Assembly (NCBI GenBank): GCA_028817035.1
Contig: JAPPQH010000015.1
Span: forward strand, 1,895 to 65,894
Reading direction: 5' to 3'
DNA length: 64,000 nucleotides
Source: Candidatus Campbellbacteria bacterium
Lineage (GTDB): Bacteria; Patescibacteriota; Minisyncoccia; Phycocordibacterales; JABAAK01
Shown here: positions 7,130 to 17,262 of the stretch, in pieces
Layout of the letters: each line of letters starts with the position of its first letter
Numbering within the stretch: the stretch's first letter is position 1
Notes under the pieces: model-generated
Databases searched by the model: none
The model's input: only the letters and a program-made list of their open reading frames with translations
Told to the model about the DNA's origin: nothing
Program-made: the position numbers and the translations under genes

Positions 7130-9523
7130 ATGGAAAAACCTAAATTTAGAGGAGCAGATAGGAGGGGAACATCTATTTTAGAATCATCCCGAGAAAAAGA
7201 AATTTTGAAAAACTTTTCTCCAGAGGAAGCTAAGATTATAAAAGATAGAAAAAGTGTATTGTCAGCCTTGGGGTATTTCATAGGAAAAAATTTCTCTATG
7301 CCGATTGTTTTAGGATTGCCAAGTGAATCAAATCCGAGTGGTTGGCATTGGGGTAAGGCGAATGGAGAAAGTTATATACAAATAAACGCGAAAGATTTAC
7401 TGGAGAAACCCATGGATTATTTGCGTTATCTTATTTCTCACGAAGGTGGGCATGAGCGAGTTTCCAGAGTAGGATTTATACCTCCTGAAGAATGGAAACA
7501 GCCTGGTTTTGCTCTTATGATGAACTCCATTGAAGATCCCAGAATGAACAACTTTGTCGCAGAGGCATATCCTCCAATTCGAGGATTGATGCATAAAGTT
7601 TATAAAGAAGAGTTTGGATCTGAAAAGAAGGGTGAGGAGCTTGCAAAGCAAACTTTAGGTTTTCAACCACTACATGCCCAAGCTTCTAGTGAATATATAA
7701 AACAATGGATGAGGCAAGAAAAAGGGCGGGACTTTAAGATAGACGGGGGTTTGCCAAAAGAAGTGAAAGATGTTGTCAGAAAAACTCTATCATCAGCTGC
7801 TCGTTCATGGAGGCTTTTTCCAACCAAAGATATGGCTGATGGAAAAGAATATGATGAGCTGGGATCAACGGGCGAAGAGTCCATCGTCCAACACGCCCGT
7901 GCATCCTATGAAGTAAATAAAAATGAAATTTGGCCAGAATTCAGAAAATTAATTGCTCAAGATATTGAAGATCAAAAAATACAGGAAACCATACAAGATA
8001 TGAAAAATCAAAAAGGGCATGGGCAAGAACAAGCAGAAGAGCAAGAACAACAGCAAGGACAGGGAGGTGGACAAGGACAACAGCAGGAGCAAGAACAACA
8101 GCAAGGACAGGGAGGTGGACAAGGACAACAGCAGGAGCAAGAACAACAGCAAGGACAGGGAGGTGGACAAGGACAACAGCAGGAGCAAGAACAACAGCAA
8201 GGACAGGGAGGAGAAGGACAACAGCAGGAGCAGGGTGGTGCGTGCGCTGGGGGGCAATCACCAAGTATTCCCCAAAAATTAAAAGACAATCTTTCTTCTG
8301 AAGAACAAAGAGATTTAGAAAATGCCATCAATAACTCTCTTGGGCAGTCTGGGGAGGAGGGGCAGGGTGAAAGTAAAAATATCACACCAGTTCCCCTTGA
8401 CTCATTGTCAGAAGAATTAAAACAAAAAATAAGAGAATACATTGAGTCATTGCCCGAAGGCGAAAGAAGAGAGATTGAAGAAAGGGCAAGACAAGCCATA
8501 AAGGAATTTAATGATGCTTTAAATAAAGAGCTGGAGGGTAAGTTAACCAAAAATCCAGAAGAGATAGAGGCTGAACAAAAAGAACAGCAAGCACAAGCAC
8601 AAGAAACCCAAGAACAAGCAGAAGAGCAAGAACAACAGCAGGGACAGGGAGGAGTACAAGGACAACAGCAGGGGCAAGGACAGGAACAGCAAGAACAGCA
8701 AGAGCAAGTGCAAATATATGATGACACCGAAGGCGAACCATCCGAAAACAATGCTGCTAACCAAGAACCAGAAAAACACACTACCAGAAGGTGGAGAGAA
8801 CATTTTCGCCAAGATTTTCATGAGGATATGAATGCATATAGAGAATATCGCCAAAATTTATTAGCACTTATTAATAAAACAAAAAATGATTTTAAGCGCA
8901 TATTGATACCACAAAAGAGTACTTGGCAAGAGGGGCATAAGGTAGGAGGTAGAATCAATATCGGTCGACGCATTCAAGAAAAAGCAAAGGGTATTTCGGT
9001 AGTGGAAAGCAAGGCGTGGCAAAGAAGAGAACATCCAAAAAAAAATAGATATGCAATCTCTCTGCTGGTTGATTTGTCAGGCTCTATGTGGGGAAGAAGT
9101 ATCGAAGAAACCTTTAAATCAGTTATTGTGCTTGTTAATGTCTTGAACAGCTTGGGAATTAATACAGAAGTGCTTGGTTTTAATGATGAATTGAGTGAAT
9201 ATCAAAATTTTGGACAGCCAATGTCAGAAGAGGTAAGAGAAAAAATAAGCGGAATGATTCAAGCAGCTGACGGAGGAACTAATGTTTATCGTGCAACAGA
9301 TATTGCTTTGGAACGGCTCTCAAAACAAAGAGAAGAACAAAAGATGTTGATAACTCTCAGCGACGTTGAATTATCTGAACTACAGGATCTTGTAGAAGAA
9401 AAAGAGAAAACGCTTAAAAACACAAATATTACCCACATAGATATTGGTACGGTTGATGGCAAGACCGTTGGGGAAATTATAGAAAACATAAAAAAATTGA
9501 TTGAGAAAGAAAAGACAACATAA
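7130..9523 (+). CDS. vWA (MIDAS) protein with N-terminal HExxH CobT-like domain and Q/G/E-rich linker
   Basis: SHEGGH, NSIEDPR; MIDAS DLSGS...GGT...SD. Confidence 0.8.
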   Translation: MEKPKFRGADRRGTSILESSREKEILKNFSPEEAKIIKDRKSVLSALGYFIGKNFSMPIVLGLPSESNPSGWHWGKANGESYIQINAKDLLEKPMDYLRYLISHEGGHERVSRVGFIPPEEWKQPGFALMMNSIEDPRMNNFVAEAYPPIRGLMHKVYKEEFGSEKKGEELAKQTLGFQPLHAQASSEYIKQWMRQEKGRDFKIDGGLPKEVKDVVRKTLSSAARSWRLFPTKDMADGKEYDELGSTGEESIVQHARASYEVNKNEIWPEFRKLIAQDIEDQKIQETIQDMKNQKGHGQEQAEEQEQQQGQGGGQGQQQEQEQQQGQGGGQGQQQEQEQQQGQGGGQGQQQEQEQQQGQGGEGQQQEQGGACAGGQSPSIPQKLKDNLSSEEQRDLENAINNSLGQSGEEGQGESKNITPVPLDSLSEELKQKIREYIESLPEGERREIEERARQAIKEFNDALNKELEGKLTKNPEEIEAEQKEQQAQAQETQEQAEEQEQQQGQGGVQGQQQGQGQEQQEQQEQVQIYDDTEGEPSENNAANQEPEKHTTRRWREHFRQDFHEDMNAYREYRQNLLALINKTKNDFKRILIPQKSTWQEGHKVGGRINIGRRIQEKAKGISVVESKAWQRREHPKKNRYAISLLVDLSGSMWGRSIEETFKSVIVLVNVLNSLGINTEVLGFNDELSEYQNFGQPMSEEVREKISGMIQAADGGTNVYRATDIALERLSKQREEQKMLITLSDVELSELQDLVEEKEKTLKNTNITHIDIGTVDGKTVGEIIENIKKLIEKEKTT
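8041..8231 (+). repeat. 48-bp in-frame tandem repeat x4 (EQEQQQGQGGGQGQQQ); diverged fifth copy near 8610-8675
   Basis: copies start at 8041, 8089, 8137 and 8185. Confidence 0.9.
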
Positions 9524-9545
9524 GTATGATATTATTAATATATCT

Positions 9546-9968
9546 ATGGAAACCTTAGACACAGAAAAACTTCAGACCTTTATTTCTGCTATTCCATTAG
9601 TATCAAGAGAAGTTGGGTTGATTATCGCAGAAAACATGAAGGAGATGGATGGGTATTCTAATATTTTGGAAATGAATGGCATGACCAAATTGTCATCTTT
9701 TTTGGAATACAAAAATGTTAATAATGGCTATTATATTGTTGTTAACGAAGACAATTTCAAACAAACATACGACTTTGTGTGTCAGTACCCATCAACGATA
9801 ATTTCTTTGTTTGATCCTAAAACCGCAGAAACTATCGTAATACATCCCAATTACACACATCCAGTAATAGTTCTTATTGAAAAAGATGACTTGAACACAG
9901 TGCTGAAAAATTTTGATTTGTTTGGTCGAGTGGGTCTGGTTTATAGACCTAAGAACTTTTTGCAATAA
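9546..9968 (+). CDS. hypothetical protein between the vWA and AAA genes
   Basis: ORF tightly coupled to both neighbours. Confidence 0.7.
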   Translation: METLDTEKLQTFISAIPLVSREVGLIIAENMKEMDGYSNILEMNGMTKLSSFLEYKNVNNGYYIVVNEDNFKQTYDFVCQYPSTIISLFDPKTAETIVIHPNYTHPVIVLIEKDDLNTVLKNFDLFGRVGLVYRPKNFLQ

Positions 9969-9970
9969 TT

Positions 9971-12190
9971 ATGAAAATTATTAGGTCACAAGAAAAATTG
10001 GCTAAGGCAAGAAATGAAGTATCGGAAGCATCAACGCCAACAAAAAATCCGACATTGGGAAACTTGGATGGATTTAAAGAAGTGAGAGCAAGGTTAAGAG
10101 GTACCCCTGTAGAAGAAATGCTCACAAGCGTCTCTTACAGTGGTGTAAAGTTAGAAAAAGCTAAAGACCAAACAGGCGTTTGGGTCCCAAGGCGAGAAGA
10201 GTTTAAATTTTATGTTAATAGCAATCATTCTCTAAGATTACAAAAAGATATTGCTACAGCTTGGAGGTTAAGGCAGTCTATGCTTATTGAAGCAGGGACA
10301 TCTTATGGAAAAACTACAACTATTGAAAAAATGTGTGCCGAACTTGGGTATGAATATCACTATGTAAATCTCCATGAACAAATAGATGTAGAAAATTTCA
10401 TGGGTCGTTATATCCCCAACATAAATCGTAAAACAGAAAATGATCCAGAATATGTGTTTAAGTATGGACCTGTTTCAAGGGGTTTGATACAGGAAGAAGG
10501 CAAGGTGAAAGTGATAGTGCTTGACGAAATAAACACCGTAGAAGGTGGGGTTTTAAAAAGATTAAATGAAGTGCTTAATGCTGTTGAACGAAGCGGAACA
10601 GTAACTCTTACTGAAGATTCCTCAGAACAAATCCATGTCGACCGAGAAAAAACGATAATTATTGGCACAATGAATCCCAGTGGTGAGGACTATCATAGCA
10701 CAAAGCCTCTTTCCAAAGAGCTCATTAACCGTTTTTTATATAAGAAACTTGAAAAAATGACGGAAGAAGACATACATTCTATTATCATGACAATAAACGG
10801 CTTTTCGCATCACAACAACAGAGAAGAGGAACTTGCGATGGAAGCATATAAAGAAATTCCTGGTATAAAAGAAATGATTGAAAAATATGCAGAATTCCAT
10901 ATTGCTGTCCAAAAACTCTTGGAAAAAGGAGAATTGGCTACAGATCAAGATCAAAAAATTGTTTTTGACACTCATCGCGAACCTGAACGAATCAAAGAGC
11001 ATATAGCAGAATTCTATACAGGAGATATTAATGAAACAATGCAAGATGCATTGGACTTTACTTACCTGGGCAGATTATCTTCTAAAGAAGACAAAGAAAA
11101 AGTGAAAGAGTTGGCAAAGGTTGTCCGAGTAGAGATCAAGCCCAAAATATCTCAACGCCAAGGTCTTGAGAAAGCAGAAGTAGAGGGCAGGGATGCTGCA
11201 GAGTTTTTGGGTAAGTTCATTAATGTTCTTGATAATAATCCTAATCTAATAGATTCAATACATTGGAATTGGCATATTACCAACGAAGGTCATGTGGACA
11301 TGAAGGTTGGGGTATCCGATCTGAAAGAACTTGGTATAAATATAGATATTGATGCAATAGAAGGGTCAGACCAACCAATCTCATCATCCGTCAAGGAAGG
11401 TATGGGCATCAAAAACCTAATAAAGGAATTGGAAGGTAAGAATGTTCTCTCTGTAAGAACTGGAGATAATTGGAGGTTAAAAATCCTCCCAAAAGAATAT
11501 GGGGAACAAGAGGACAAAATAGGGCAAGAAATACTAAAAAAAGTAGGAGGCAGAGATCCGCAGATTTTGAATAAAATGTTTTCCAATCGAGAGCTTAAAA
11601 AGAATTTTGGTAAACAACATGATAGAGAAACTATTAAATGGATTTTTGGAAAAAGAGGGTTTATAGGGGTTCATGCTTTGGGCTTGGCTAAGTATGTGGA
11701 TAAAAACTATATTGATATGGCAACATCATATGATATAGGAGCAGAACAATACAGATCACAAGGTGTAGACCCCATGCTGAGGGTGATAGGAGACAGAAAG
11801 GTTGCTCTTTTAAATAATAAAAATATTTTTCAAATAAAAATCCTTCCAGAAAGTATATTTGATGAAATGCTTGGCCAAGGTTCTGGAAAGTTTCTGAAAA
11901 AGGTTGGTAAGATTTTCCCAAAAGATACTTTAGAAAAGTTTTCGTGGACGATTACCAACAAGGGTTTTGTGGATATGAAATGTAGTATAAAAACTCTGAA
12001 ATCTATGGGTGGAAGTGTTGATAAAGAAGTAAGTTACTTGCACAACCCAGAAAATGGAGAACCGTATGAGGAGCACTTTGGAGAGATACGCTCAACGGGT
12101 GAGGGTATAGGACCTCTGGGATCTGACTTATTGAATAAAAAAGTTGTCTCTTTAAATAGTAATGGTAACTGGGTATTAAAAATCCTTTAG
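9971..12190 (+). CDS. MoxR/dynein-related AAA+ ATPase (AAA_5) with repeated C-terminal domain
   Basis: Walker A AGTSYGKT, Walker B VIVLDE, GTMNP, LINRF. Confidence 0.85.
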   Translation: MKIIRSQEKLAKARNEVSEASTPTKNPTLGNLDGFKEVRARLRGTPVEEMLTSVSYSGVKLEKAKDQTGVWVPRREEFKFYVNSNHSLRLQKDIATAWRLRQSMLIEAGTSYGKTTTIEKMCAELGYEYHYVNLHEQIDVENFMGRYIPNINRKTENDPEYVFKYGPVSRGLIQEEGKVKVIVLDEINTVEGGVLKRLNEVLNAVERSGTVTLTEDSSEQIHVDREKTIIIGTMNPSGEDYHSTKPLSKELINRFLYKKLEKMTEEDIHSIIMTINGFSHHNNREEELAMEAYKEIPGIKEMIEKYAEFHIAVQKLLEKGELATDQDQKIVFDTHREPERIKEHIAEFYTGDINETMQDALDFTYLGRLSSKEDKEKVKELAKVVRVEIKPKISQRQGLEKAEVEGRDAAEFLGKFINVLDNNPNLIDSIHWNWHITNEGHVDMKVGVSDLKELGINIDIDAIEGSDQPISSSVKEGMGIKNLIKELEGKNVLSVRTGDNWRLKILPKEYGEQEDKIGQEILKKVGGRDPQILNKMFSNRELKKNFGKQHDRETIKWIFGKRGFIGVHALGLAKYVDKNYIDMATSYDIGAEQYRSQGVDPMLRVIGDRKVALLNNKNIFQIKILPESIFDEMLGQGSGKFLKKVGKIFPKDTLEKFSWTITNKGFVDMKCSIKTLKSMGGSVDKEVSYLHNPENGEPYEEHFGEIRSTGEGIGPLGSDLLNKKVVSLNSNGNWVLKIL

Positions 12191-12194
12191 CAAA

Positions 12195-12233
12195 ATAAAA
12201 AATAGTCCCTCAAGAGAAGGACTATTTTTTATT
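12195..12233. terminator. bidirectional intrinsic terminator
   Basis: AAAAAATAGTCC/GGACTATTTTTT between convergent genes. Confidence 0.75.
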
Positions 12234-12246
12234 GAAAAAACAGGGT

Positions 12247-12525
12247 TTATTTTTTCGCAACTGCCTCCTTAAATGGCTTTGCTACCCTGAATTTTACAAC
12301 TCTTGAAGCGGCTATTTTTATTGATTCACCTGTTTTTGGATTTCTTCCCATTCGTGCTGCGCGCGCTTTTGAGACGAATGCTCCAAATCCAGCAATGGCG
12401 ACTTCGTCACCTTTAACCACTGAATCCATGATTGTGCTAAACACAAAGTTTACAAGGCGTTCCGCTTCGGCTTTTGAACAGCCGCATTCTTCGCTTACTT
12501 GTTCTACAAGAAGTGCTTTATTCAT
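12247..12525 (-). CDS. hup: DNA-binding protein HU
   Basis: IAGFGAF...RMGRNPKTGE. Confidence 0.95.
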   Translation of the reverse strand: MNKALLVEQVSEECGCSKAEAERLVNFVFSTIMDSVVKGDEVAIAGFGAFVSKARAARMGRNPKTGESIKIAASRVVKFRVAKPFKEAVAKK

Positions 12526-12634
12526 AAGAGCTCTTTATTTTCTTTATATGGCTTGTTAAACAGGGGTTTTTCCCTGATAGTATTAGTATATTATAGAAAT
12601 ACACATATAGCAAAATATAGGGTTTATTGGGGTA

Positions 12635-13219
12635 TTAGTCTTTATTTGTGTATACTTGGTCAATTATCCCGTAAACCTTAGCTTTTTGGGCTGTCATAAA
12701 GAAATCTCTTTCTACATCTTCCGCTATTTTTTCAAGGGTTTGGCTGGTATTTTTGGCTAATATCTTGTTTAAGCGCTCTTTTGAGTCAATTATATGCTGG
12801 GCGCGTATGTTTATATCTGTTGCTTGTCCTTCAATACCGGATGCATGTGGCTGGTGAATCATTATTTCTGAGTTTGGCAGTGCGGTCCTTTTTCCTTTCT
12901 CGCCGGCAGAGAGGACGATTGCTGCACCAGATGCCGCCAAGCCCACACAGGTTGTGGTAACTGGTGGTTTGATAAATTTCATCGTGTCCAGTATCGCGAG
13001 TGTTGATGATACAGATCCTCCAGGGGAGTTTATGTATATTGATATTTCTTTTTTGTTATCTTCAGAAGCAAGAAAAAGAAGCTGGGCTATTATGAGGTTT
13101 GCCATGCTGTCTTCAATAACTCCTCCTAAAAATATAATCCTGTCTTTCAGCAAGCGGGAATATATGTCGTAAGCCCTTTCGCCTTTGTTTGTATTTTCAA
13201 TTACTGTTGGTATTAACAT
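12635..13219 (-). CDS. clpP: ClpP protease subunit
   Basis: [29 protein letters not shown]. Confidence 0.97.
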   Translation of the reverse strand: MLIPTVIENTNKGERAYDIYSRLLKDRIIFLGGVIEDSMANLIIAQLLFLASEDNKKEISIYINSPGGSVSSTLAILDTMKFIKPPVTTTCVGLAASGAAIVLSAGEKGKRTALPNSEIMIHQPHASGIEGQATDINIRAQHIIDSKERLNKILAKNTSQTLEKIAEDVERDFFMTAQKAKVYGIIDQVYTNKD

Positions 13220-13256
13220 AGTTTTTATATTAATGTCATTCAATACTTTTGTCAAC

Positions 13257-14216
13257 TTATATCGTTGTTGGTATCAATTCTTCAAGAAAATTAAAAACTT
13301 TCTCATTTCTCAATACGGCTTCTATATATGGTCTTAGCTGTTTTTCATCGGCATCTTTGTAATGCTTTTTTACTTTCGCCAGATGCTCCTCAATTTCTTT
13401 TTCATCTGGTTTTATGTTTTCTTTTCTTGCTATCTTCTCAATAATTAATTCCATTATTATTCTTTCCTTTGCTTCTCCTTTCCATTTTTCACGCAACTCT
13501 TCTTTTGTTATGTTTTCTTTTTTCAGGTAGTCCTCAAATGTCATTCCCATCTTTTCTGTGTCTTCTTTTATTCTTGAAATCATTATTTCCAGTTTTGAAT
13601 TGATAAGAATTTCAGGAACTTCCAATGAAACAGCGCCAACAATTGCTTTTGCGATACGAACACGCCTTCTTTGTTTTGCCATTTCTGTTTTTCCTTTCAT
13701 TATCGCTTCCTCTGCGTGTTTTCTAAGGTCTTCCTCGTTTGTTTGGTCGTCTTTTTTTAATTGTGATACGAAATCTTCAATTTCTTTTTTCTCCACCTTT
13801 GGCGGATCTTCTGGTATTTGTTGTCTTGATATTGCTTTGTAGTCGGGCAGTTCAAAATTTGGAATTATTATCATCTCAATTTCAAAAGGTATGTCTATGC
13901 CTTTCGCCATCTTTTTGAAAACAACTCGCGGCTCTCCTATCACATCAAGTTTTTCTTTTTTTAATATGTCAATGTATGTTTTTTTTATTATAGATTCTGC
14001 TACACGCGATATAACCTGCATCTCGCCTCCGAAGTGCTCTACAACCTTGTCATCTGGCGCTTTTCCAACCCTAAAACCTGAAATTTCTACGGTCTTTTTG
14101 GCATTCTGAAGAAACCCATCAAAATTACTTTCTATTTCTTTTTGAGGGATTGTGCCGCTTACTTTTGCAGATGTGTCTTTTCTGACAACCTCTATGTTCC
14201 ATTCGCTTGTATCCAT
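13257..14216 (-). CDS. tig: trigger factor (short; PPIase domain apparently missing)
   Basis: [10 protein letters not shown] ribosome-binding motif; tig-clpP order; 319 aa. Confidence 0.9.
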   Translation of the reverse strand: MDTSEWNIEVVRKDTSAKVSGTIPQKEIESNFDGFLQNAKKTVEISGFRVGKAPDDKVVEHFGGEMQVISRVAESIIKKTYIDILKKEKLDVIGEPRVVFKKMAKGIDIPFEIEMIIIPNFELPDYKAISRQQIPEDPPKVEKKEIEDFVSQLKKDDQTNEEDLRKHAEEAIMKGKTEMAKQRRRVRIAKAIVGAVSLEVPEILINSKLEIMISRIKEDTEKMGMTFEDYLKKENITKEELREKWKGEAKERIIMELIIEKIARKENIKPDEKEIEEHLAKVKKHYKDADEKQLRPYIEAVLRNEKVFNFLEELIPTTI

Positions 14217-14471
14217 TTATGGTATTTGTGGTGCCTCTGTTGGCGGATCGCTCAGAATTTCCCAGTTTGTTCTTCCGTTGTCTTCAACTATTGCGGTTTC
14301 GTCCTCGTAATCAACTGCTTCTATTATTTCTATGTCAACTTCTTCCTGTATCGCTTCTCTTTGTTCAACTCTAGACTTGTATGCATTGTATAGTGTAAAT
14401 AAGCCACCTATAATAAAAACACCTATTATTATAAAAATTGCTACTACTGGTCCATACTCAAAATCAGCCAT
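14217..14471 (-). CDS. small single-TM hypothetical protein
   Basis: N-terminal hydrophobic helix, acidic tail, abuts tig. Confidence 0.65.
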   Translation of the reverse strand: MADFEYGPVVAIFIIIGVFIIGGLFTLYNAYKSRVEQREAIQEEVDIEIIEAVDYEDETAIVEDNGRTNWEILSDPPTEAPQIP

Positions 14472-14514
14472 ATAAAAAATAGTACCACGAAAGTAAAAAT
14501 AATTCTACTTCTCC

Positions 14515-15033
14515 CTATTTTGACTTTTCGTACATCTCTCTCGCCTCCTCAAATGCTTTTTTCGCTTCCTCTGCGCCTTCATATCCTTTAATCTCTACTT
14601 TTACATTTTGCAGACCTTTGTATGTCTCAAAGAAGTGTGCGACTTCTTTTAGTGTGTGAGAGTTTATGTCGTCTATGTCCTTGACTTTGTCCCATCTTGG
14701 ATCATGTGTTGGAACTGCTATTACCTTATCGTCTGAGTCGCCGTCGTCTATCATTTTTAAGAGTCCGACAAAACGAGCCCTAACCACGATGCCTGGAGAG
14801 AGGGGAAATGTGGTAAGAACTACGCAGTCAAGCGGGTCGTCATCATACCAAAGGGTCTGTGGGATAAACCCATAATCTACGGGATAGTCCTGTGCTGTGT
14901 GAAGTGCTCTGTCAAGCGCGATGAGCCCCGTTTTTTTGTCTATCTCGTATTTGTTTCTTGAATGGCGCGGTATCTCAATTATTACTGTTGCCTTTTCTTT
15001 GTTTCCTGGGTCTATTTCGTGTATAAGATTCAT
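14515..15033 (-). CDS. ppa: inorganic pyrophosphatase (family I)
   Basis: NKYEID, YGFIPQT..DDDPLD, DDKVIAV. Confidence 0.95.
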   Translation of the reverse strand: MNLIHEIDPGNKEKATVIIEIPRHSRNKYEIDKKTGLIALDRALHTAQDYPVDYGFIPQTLWYDDDPLDCVVLTTFPLSPGIVVRARFVGLLKMIDDGDSDDKVIAVPTHDPRWDKVKDIDDINSHTLKEVAHFFETYKGLQNVKVEIKGYEGAEEAKKAFEEAREMYEKSK

Positions 15034-15057
15034 AATCGTTTTTTAGTATATCACAAA

Positions 15058-16380
15058 TTAATCTGACTTTTTTGCACTTGAGCTTTCACCTTCACTTTCT
15101 TCTTTGCTTTCAGTTTCACCGACTTCATTTTCACTGACTTCATTTTCTTTTGTCACCTCGCTGTCTTTCGCTTCGCTCACTTCGTCATTGTCCGCTTCTT
15201 TCTCTTCAGCATCAGCAGAAGCACCAACACCTTCACCAACACCTTCACCCTCACCACCTGTTTCTGCATCATCTGTCGCGCCTTCAACTTTCACCGACTC
15301 AATGTCTATGCTCCATCCTGTGAGTTTCGCGGCAAGACGAACATTTTGTCCGCCATGTCCTATTGAAAGTGATATTTGGTCTTCTGGAACAAAAACTTTG
15401 GCGCTGTTGTTCTCTTCATCCAAATCTATGGATGTGATTCTTGCTGGGGATAATGCTTCCTCTATGAAGGTGGCTGGGTTTGCTGACCATTCTATTACAT
15501 CTATTCTTTCTCCATGTAGTTCGCCTGTTACCATTGAAACTCTTACACCGTGTTGACCTATGAGTGCGCCTACAGGGTCAATCCTGTCGTTATCACTTGT
15601 TACTGAAATTTTTGTCCTTGAACCTGCTTCACGGGCTATGGACTTTATGGTGACATTTCCGTTTGCAACCTCTGGGGACTCAAGCTCAAACAGTTTTACC
15701 ACAAACTCTGGTGCGCTTCTTGAAAGGGTGACAAAATTTCCTCTGCTTGCCTCTGTGTTTACATTAAGAACATACGCTTTTATGATTTCCCCTTGCTTGA
15801 ATCTTTCGTTGGGTATCTGTTCGTTGTAGGGAAGTATCGCCATTGTTCTTCCAAGATCTATAAGTATATTTCTTCTTTCAAATCGTCTGACCGATCCAGA
15901 AACAATAGTCCCTTCTTTTTCTGAGAATTCGCTAATCACAGTTTCTTTTTCTGCTTCGCGTAGTTTTTGTGTGATTATTTGTTTTGCGTTCTGTGTCGCG
16001 ATTCTTCCAAAAGAAGAATTCTTTTTGATGGGAAAACTAAGCGCCTCGCCAACTTCTATGCTACCTTTTATTTTTTTTGCATCCTCAAGCATTATGTGTC
16101 TTTCGGGATTGAAATGAACTCGCGTGTCTTCCTCGCTCTCCACCTTTTCTCCCTCGGGTAAAATTCCCGACTCATCTATCACAATTTTTTTCTGCTCAAA
16201 AGAGATGTCCCCCGTGTCTGTGTTGAAGGTTGCTTCAATTATTTGGTCGGGCTTGCCGTATTCTTTTTTGTAAGCACTCTCAAGAGCCCGCTCAATAGCG
16301 TCTATAAGGTGTGCGCGTGGAATACCACGCTCTTCTTCTATTTGGTCTATTGCGACTTTTAATGTTTTTAAATCAAGCAT
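15058..16380 (-). CDS. nusA: transcription factor NusA with acidic tail
   Basis: FGRIATQNAKQ, AREAGSRTK, GQNVRLAAKLTGW. Confidence 0.97.
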   Translation of the reverse strand: MLDLKTLKVAIDQIEEERGIPRAHLIDAIERALESAYKKEYGKPDQIIEATFNTDTGDISFEQKKIVIDESGILPEGEKVESEEDTRVHFNPERHIMLEDAKKIKGSIEVGEALSFPIKKNSSFGRIATQNAKQIITQKLREAEKETVISEFSEKEGTIVSGSVRRFERRNILIDLGRTMAILPYNEQIPNERFKQGEIIKAYVLNVNTEASRGNFVTLSRSAPEFVVKLFELESPEVANGNVTIKSIAREAGSRTKISVTSDNDRIDPVGALIGQHGVRVSMVTGELHGERIDVIEWSANPATFIEEALSPARITSIDLDEENNSAKVFVPEDQISLSIGHGGQNVRLAAKLTGWSIDIESVKVEGATDDAETGGEGEGVGEGVGASADAEEKEADNDEVSEAKDSEVTKENEVSENEVGETESKEESEGESSSAKKSD

Positions 16381-16482
16381 ATCAATAAAAAACCGACGCA
16401 AGCGCGTACGGCATTAATCTACCCCCTAACTCTATATTATTTAGCAGGTTTTAGTCAAGTGGTGATATAATGATTTACATAT

Positions 16483-17247
16483 ATGGCTTATAATAAAGTT
16501 TTTATCGGCAATTGGAAGGTGTCCCCTAAAACCGAGAAGGAGGTGGAAAAACTACTAAAATCAATAAAATCAATAAAGCATCCCACCAACAACCTAATCA
16601 CCATCTGCCCATCATTTGTTCATTTATCAATCGCTGCCGACCTACTTTCAAGGTCAAGGGTGGTTCTTGGCGCACAGGATGTTTCGGCATACGGCGGCAC
16701 CGCAAACACAGGCGAGGTTTCTGCTGAGATGTTGGAAGATTTTGGTGTGTCTTTTGTTATTGTCGGTCATTCAGAGAGAAAAGCGATGGGTGAGAGCAAT
16801 GAAAAAATTTTAAGAAAAATAAAATCAGCTTTGTCTCACAAAATAACACCCATCGTTTGTATCGGTGAGCATGAAAAAGCAACTGACGGTTCTGCACTCA
16901 GAGAAATAAACGAACAGATGGTCTCTCTGTATGAAAATCTTACAGAAAGAGAAGCCAAACAAACAATGATTGCCTATGAACCAATATGGGCAATAGGCGA
17001 CGAAGCAGTTAGCACTCCAACACCACACGAAATACACGAAACAGTTTTGTTTATAAGAAAAATAATAAATGAAATGTATAATCGTTCAATGGCGTTCTCA
17101 ATAAAAATTCTCTACGGTGGTTCTGTAAACGAAACAAATGCTAAAGAATTGTTTGTTAACAGCGACATAAATGGTTTTATCATTGGTAGAGCAAGCACTG
17201 ACCCATCAAAACTCTCAGAAATAATAAAACAGGTGAATAGTAAATAG
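16483..17247 (+). CDS. tpiA: triosephosphate isomerase
   Basis: GNWK, VGHSER, AYEPIWAIG, LYGGSV. Confidence 0.97.
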   Translation: MAYNKVFIGNWKVSPKTEKEVEKLLKSIKSIKHPTNNLITICPSFVHLSIAADLLSRSRVVLGAQDVSAYGGTANTGEVSAEMLEDFGVSFVIVGHSERKAMGESNEKILRKIKSALSHKITPIVCIGEHEKATDGSALREINEQMVSLYENLTEREAKQTMIAYEPIWAIGDEAVSTPTPHEIHETVLFIRKIINEMYNRSMAFSIKILYGGSVNETNAKELFVNSDINGFIIGRASTDPSKLSEIIKQVNSK

Positions 17248-17262
17248 TGTCTTCGCCACAAT

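Noticed and set aside
7941-8854. Cys/Pro- or Leu-rich antisense ORFs
   Set aside because: Shadow frames of the Q/G repeat in the vWA gene
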